A stretch of 64,000 nucleotides of DNA. It comes from Candidatus Poribacteria bacterium (lineage in GTDB: Bacteria > Poribacteria > WGA-4E > WGA-3G). Location of the stretch: assembly GCA_965215265.1 (NCBI GenBank), contig OZ244048.1, positions 576,001 through 640,000 on the forward strand. The letters are read 5' to 3'. A program made the position numbers and the translations under genes. The stretch's first letter is position 1, and each line of letters starts with the position of its first letter. Below the pieces are notes generated by a model. It had not been told where the DNA came from and ran no database searches. It worked only from the letters and a program-made list of their open reading frames with translations. Below, piece after piece: positions 62,127 to 64,000 of the stretch.

Positions 62127-62158
62127 CTGAAAATATCTCGTAAACCAGAGAACTTTCC

Positions 62159-62187
62159 TTGACAATCCAACCCACACAAGGTATAAT
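62159..62187 (+). promoter_or_regulatory. sigma70 promoter for trpA
   Basis: TTGACA-N17-TATAAT. Confidence 0.7.
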
Positions 62188-62225
62188 TTAAGAAAACTAA
62201 CAGAAAGTCTAAATCCATTCACCCT

Positions 62226-63026
62226 ATGAACCGAATAGACCAAAAATTTCAACAACTCCGAGCCAAAGGCACCACTGCCTTCATGCCCTACCTCTGTGCC
62301 GGGGACCCGACACCCGCTTTAACCAGCGAACTTCTCCTCACACTGGAAGACGCAGGCGCAGAACTCATTGAACTCGGCATCCCGTTCTCCGATCCCATCG
62401 CAGACGGGCCAACCGTCCAACGTGCCAGCGAACGTGCACTCGCACACAACATCTCACTCCAACAAATCTTGGAACTCGTCGCAACGCTACGTCAACGCAC
62501 AGAAATCCCCATTGCCCTCATGAGCTACTACAACCCCATCTTCCGGATGGGGGAATCGGCTTTCTGCCAGAACGCACAAGCTGCCGGCGTTGACGGCATC
62601 ATCGTCCCAGATCTGCCGCCAGAACAAGCAGAACCGCTACTAAAAGCAGCCCCGCAATACAACCTCGCCACCATTTTCCTCGTGGCACCCACCAGCCCCC
62701 CCCAACGGATGAAACTCATCGCATCCGTCAGCACAGGGTTCGTCTACTGCGTCTCATTAACAGGCGTAACAGGCGCACGCGCCACGTTGTCAACCGAAAT
62801 CGAACCGATGATGCGCGAACTCCGCAACCAGACAGACAAACCCATCGGTGTCGGCTTCGGTGTCTCCACCCCAGAACAAGCCAGACTGGTAGCACATCTT
62901 GCCGACGGCGTGATTGTCGGTAGTGCAATCATCAACGTCATCGAGGAAAATATGCACAAAAAAGCCAAATTGCTTTCAGCCGTGAAAACCTTTGCGGCGG
63001 ATTTAGCCCTCGGCGTTAAACAGTAA
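62226..63026 (+). CDS. trpA: Tryptophan synthase alpha chain
   Basis: IELGIPFSDPIADGPTVQ, VPDLP, SLTGVTG, VGFGVS, DGVIVGS. Confidence 0.98.
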   Translation: MNRIDQKFQQLRAKGTTAFMPYLCAGDPTPALTSELLLTLEDAGAELIELGIPFSDPIADGPTVQRASERALAHNISLQQILELVATLRQRTEIPIALMSYYNPIFRMGESAFCQNAQAAGVDGIIVPDLPPEQAEPLLKAAPQYNLATIFLVAPTSPPQRMKLIASVSTGFVYCVSLTGVTGARATLSTEIEPMMRELRNQTDKPIGVGFGVSTPEQARLVAHLADGVIVGSAIINVIEENMHKKAKLLSAVKTFAADLALGVKQ

Positions 63027-63067
63027 ACTCGCCGTCATTTTGTCTTATGCCTGACTTAAACGTAAAC

Positions 63068-63090
63068 GGCGCGGAGGAAAACCGCGCCGC
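63068..63090. terminator. Hairpin between convergent trpA and aldo/keto reductase genes
   Basis: ggcgcgg-aggaaaa-ccgcgcc stem-loop. Confidence 0.5.
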
Positions 63091-63128
63091 CCCTTTCTCA
63101 CATACCACTTATGCTATTAATCCCTGAT

Positions 63129-64000
63129 TTACACACCACGCCGAATCCCAAATTCCGACTCAAATGCCTCCCAGATATCTGACGCAATATCAACCGTGGC
63201 GGCTTCATACCCGTCTTCCACTTGTGCCGTATCCGCCGGACCGAACATCACAACACCGTCAATCGGGGCAGCAAGGCAAAACTGCATCGCCAAATGCCGA
63301 ATGTTAACACCGTACTCCTGACACCAACGCCACATCGCATGTGCCCTCGGCTCCGCATCCGGGTTACGCCGACGCTCCGTTTCAACGTCCGGTTCCGAAC
63401 CTGTCAAACTCCCCATACCCAGCGGGCTTGCTAAGATAATGCCCACATCGTGTTCACGCGCCAACGGCAAGGTTGTACGCGCAACAGTTTGGGAAAGCAA
63501 GGTATAGTCCAAAAAGGTCAGAATGATATCAATCTCTCCGGTTTCAATCAACGCTTTGTGGAATTCGTGTGAACGCACCCCGGCACCGATATGCCGAACG
63601 TAGCCTTCCGCCTTCATTTCCTGAAGCGTCTCCAACGCCTGCCCAGGCGCTAAGACACTCTCCATATCAACCGGATCGTGGATAAGCACCGCATCTAAAT
63701 AATCCGTGCGCAGCTGCTTGAGGCTATTCATCACGCTCCACCGCGTACCAGCCGCAGAGAAATCCTTACGCCGCTCCGGGTGCGTCCCGACCTTCGCTTG
63801 CAGATAAATCTGTTCACGCAATCCCTCTGAAAGTGCTTCGCCCCACAGATGTTCAGCGTGCCCCGGGTACGTATCAATATAGTTAATACCCAATTCAACA
63901 GCACGTCGGATAGCACGAATCACCTCAGCATCCGGTTTCTGCCATAACCAGGCCGCACCCAGCGCAAGTGCATGCGGACGCATCTCTGTCCGTCCCATCC
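63129..64000 (-). CDS. Aldo/keto reductase (start beyond window end)
   Basis: GINYIDT, SLKQLRTDYLD..LIHD, G.VRHIG, SPLGMG.L. Confidence 0.9.
   Translation of the reverse strand, partial: MGRTEMRPHALALGAAWLWQKPDAEVIRAIRRAVELGINYIDTYPGHAEHLWGEALSEGLREQIYLQAKVGTHPERRKDFSAAGTRWSVMNSLKQLRTDYLDAVLIHDPVDMESVLAPGQALETLQEMKAEGYVRHIGAGVRSHEFHKALIETGEIDIILTFLDYTLLSQTVARTTLPLAREHDVGIILASPLGMGSLTGSEPDVETERRRNPDAEPRAHAMWRWCQEYGVNIRHLAMQFCLAAPIDGVVMFGPADTAQVEDGYEAATVDIASDIWEAFESEFGIRRGV

Overview
Bacterial chromosomal window, most likely from Ca. Poribacteria (inferred from LamG proteins ending in a VEPQxKFTTTWAxxK tail, PhyH dioxygenases, Gfo/Idh/MocA and WD40 proteins). Most of it is housekeeping or metabolic: purN, pckG, coaD, recX, alaS, larB-like, trpB, trpA, transporters and oxidoreductases. 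The highlight is a defence island at about 44.2-57.2 kb. It starts with an enlarged 602-aa IscB (PLMP-like N-terminus, intact RuvC I/II/III and HNH, 148-aa insertion at the position of the Cas9 REC lobe). Directly upstream is an omegaRNA scaffold whose 5' end is a CRISPR anti-repeat, and beyond that a 28-repeat/27-spacer CRISPR array. A near-consensus sigma70 promoter points through the array toward iscB, and the window has no cas1/cas2. This looks like a dual-RNA (crRNA plus tracr-omegaRNA), Cas9-like IscB system using a class-1-looking array read backwards. The island also holds an Rpn gene with an internal small-protein start and a type III R-M system whose mod gene is frameshifted at a G9 tract. 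Elsewhere: a helicase-less type ISP-like R-M gene, an IS4-derived miniature element, a short repeat family that has broken a PhyH gene, a cytochrome-c-like lipoprotein with a poly-Asp tail, and two candidate structured RNAs. All family assignments come from motif recognition by eye, not database searches.
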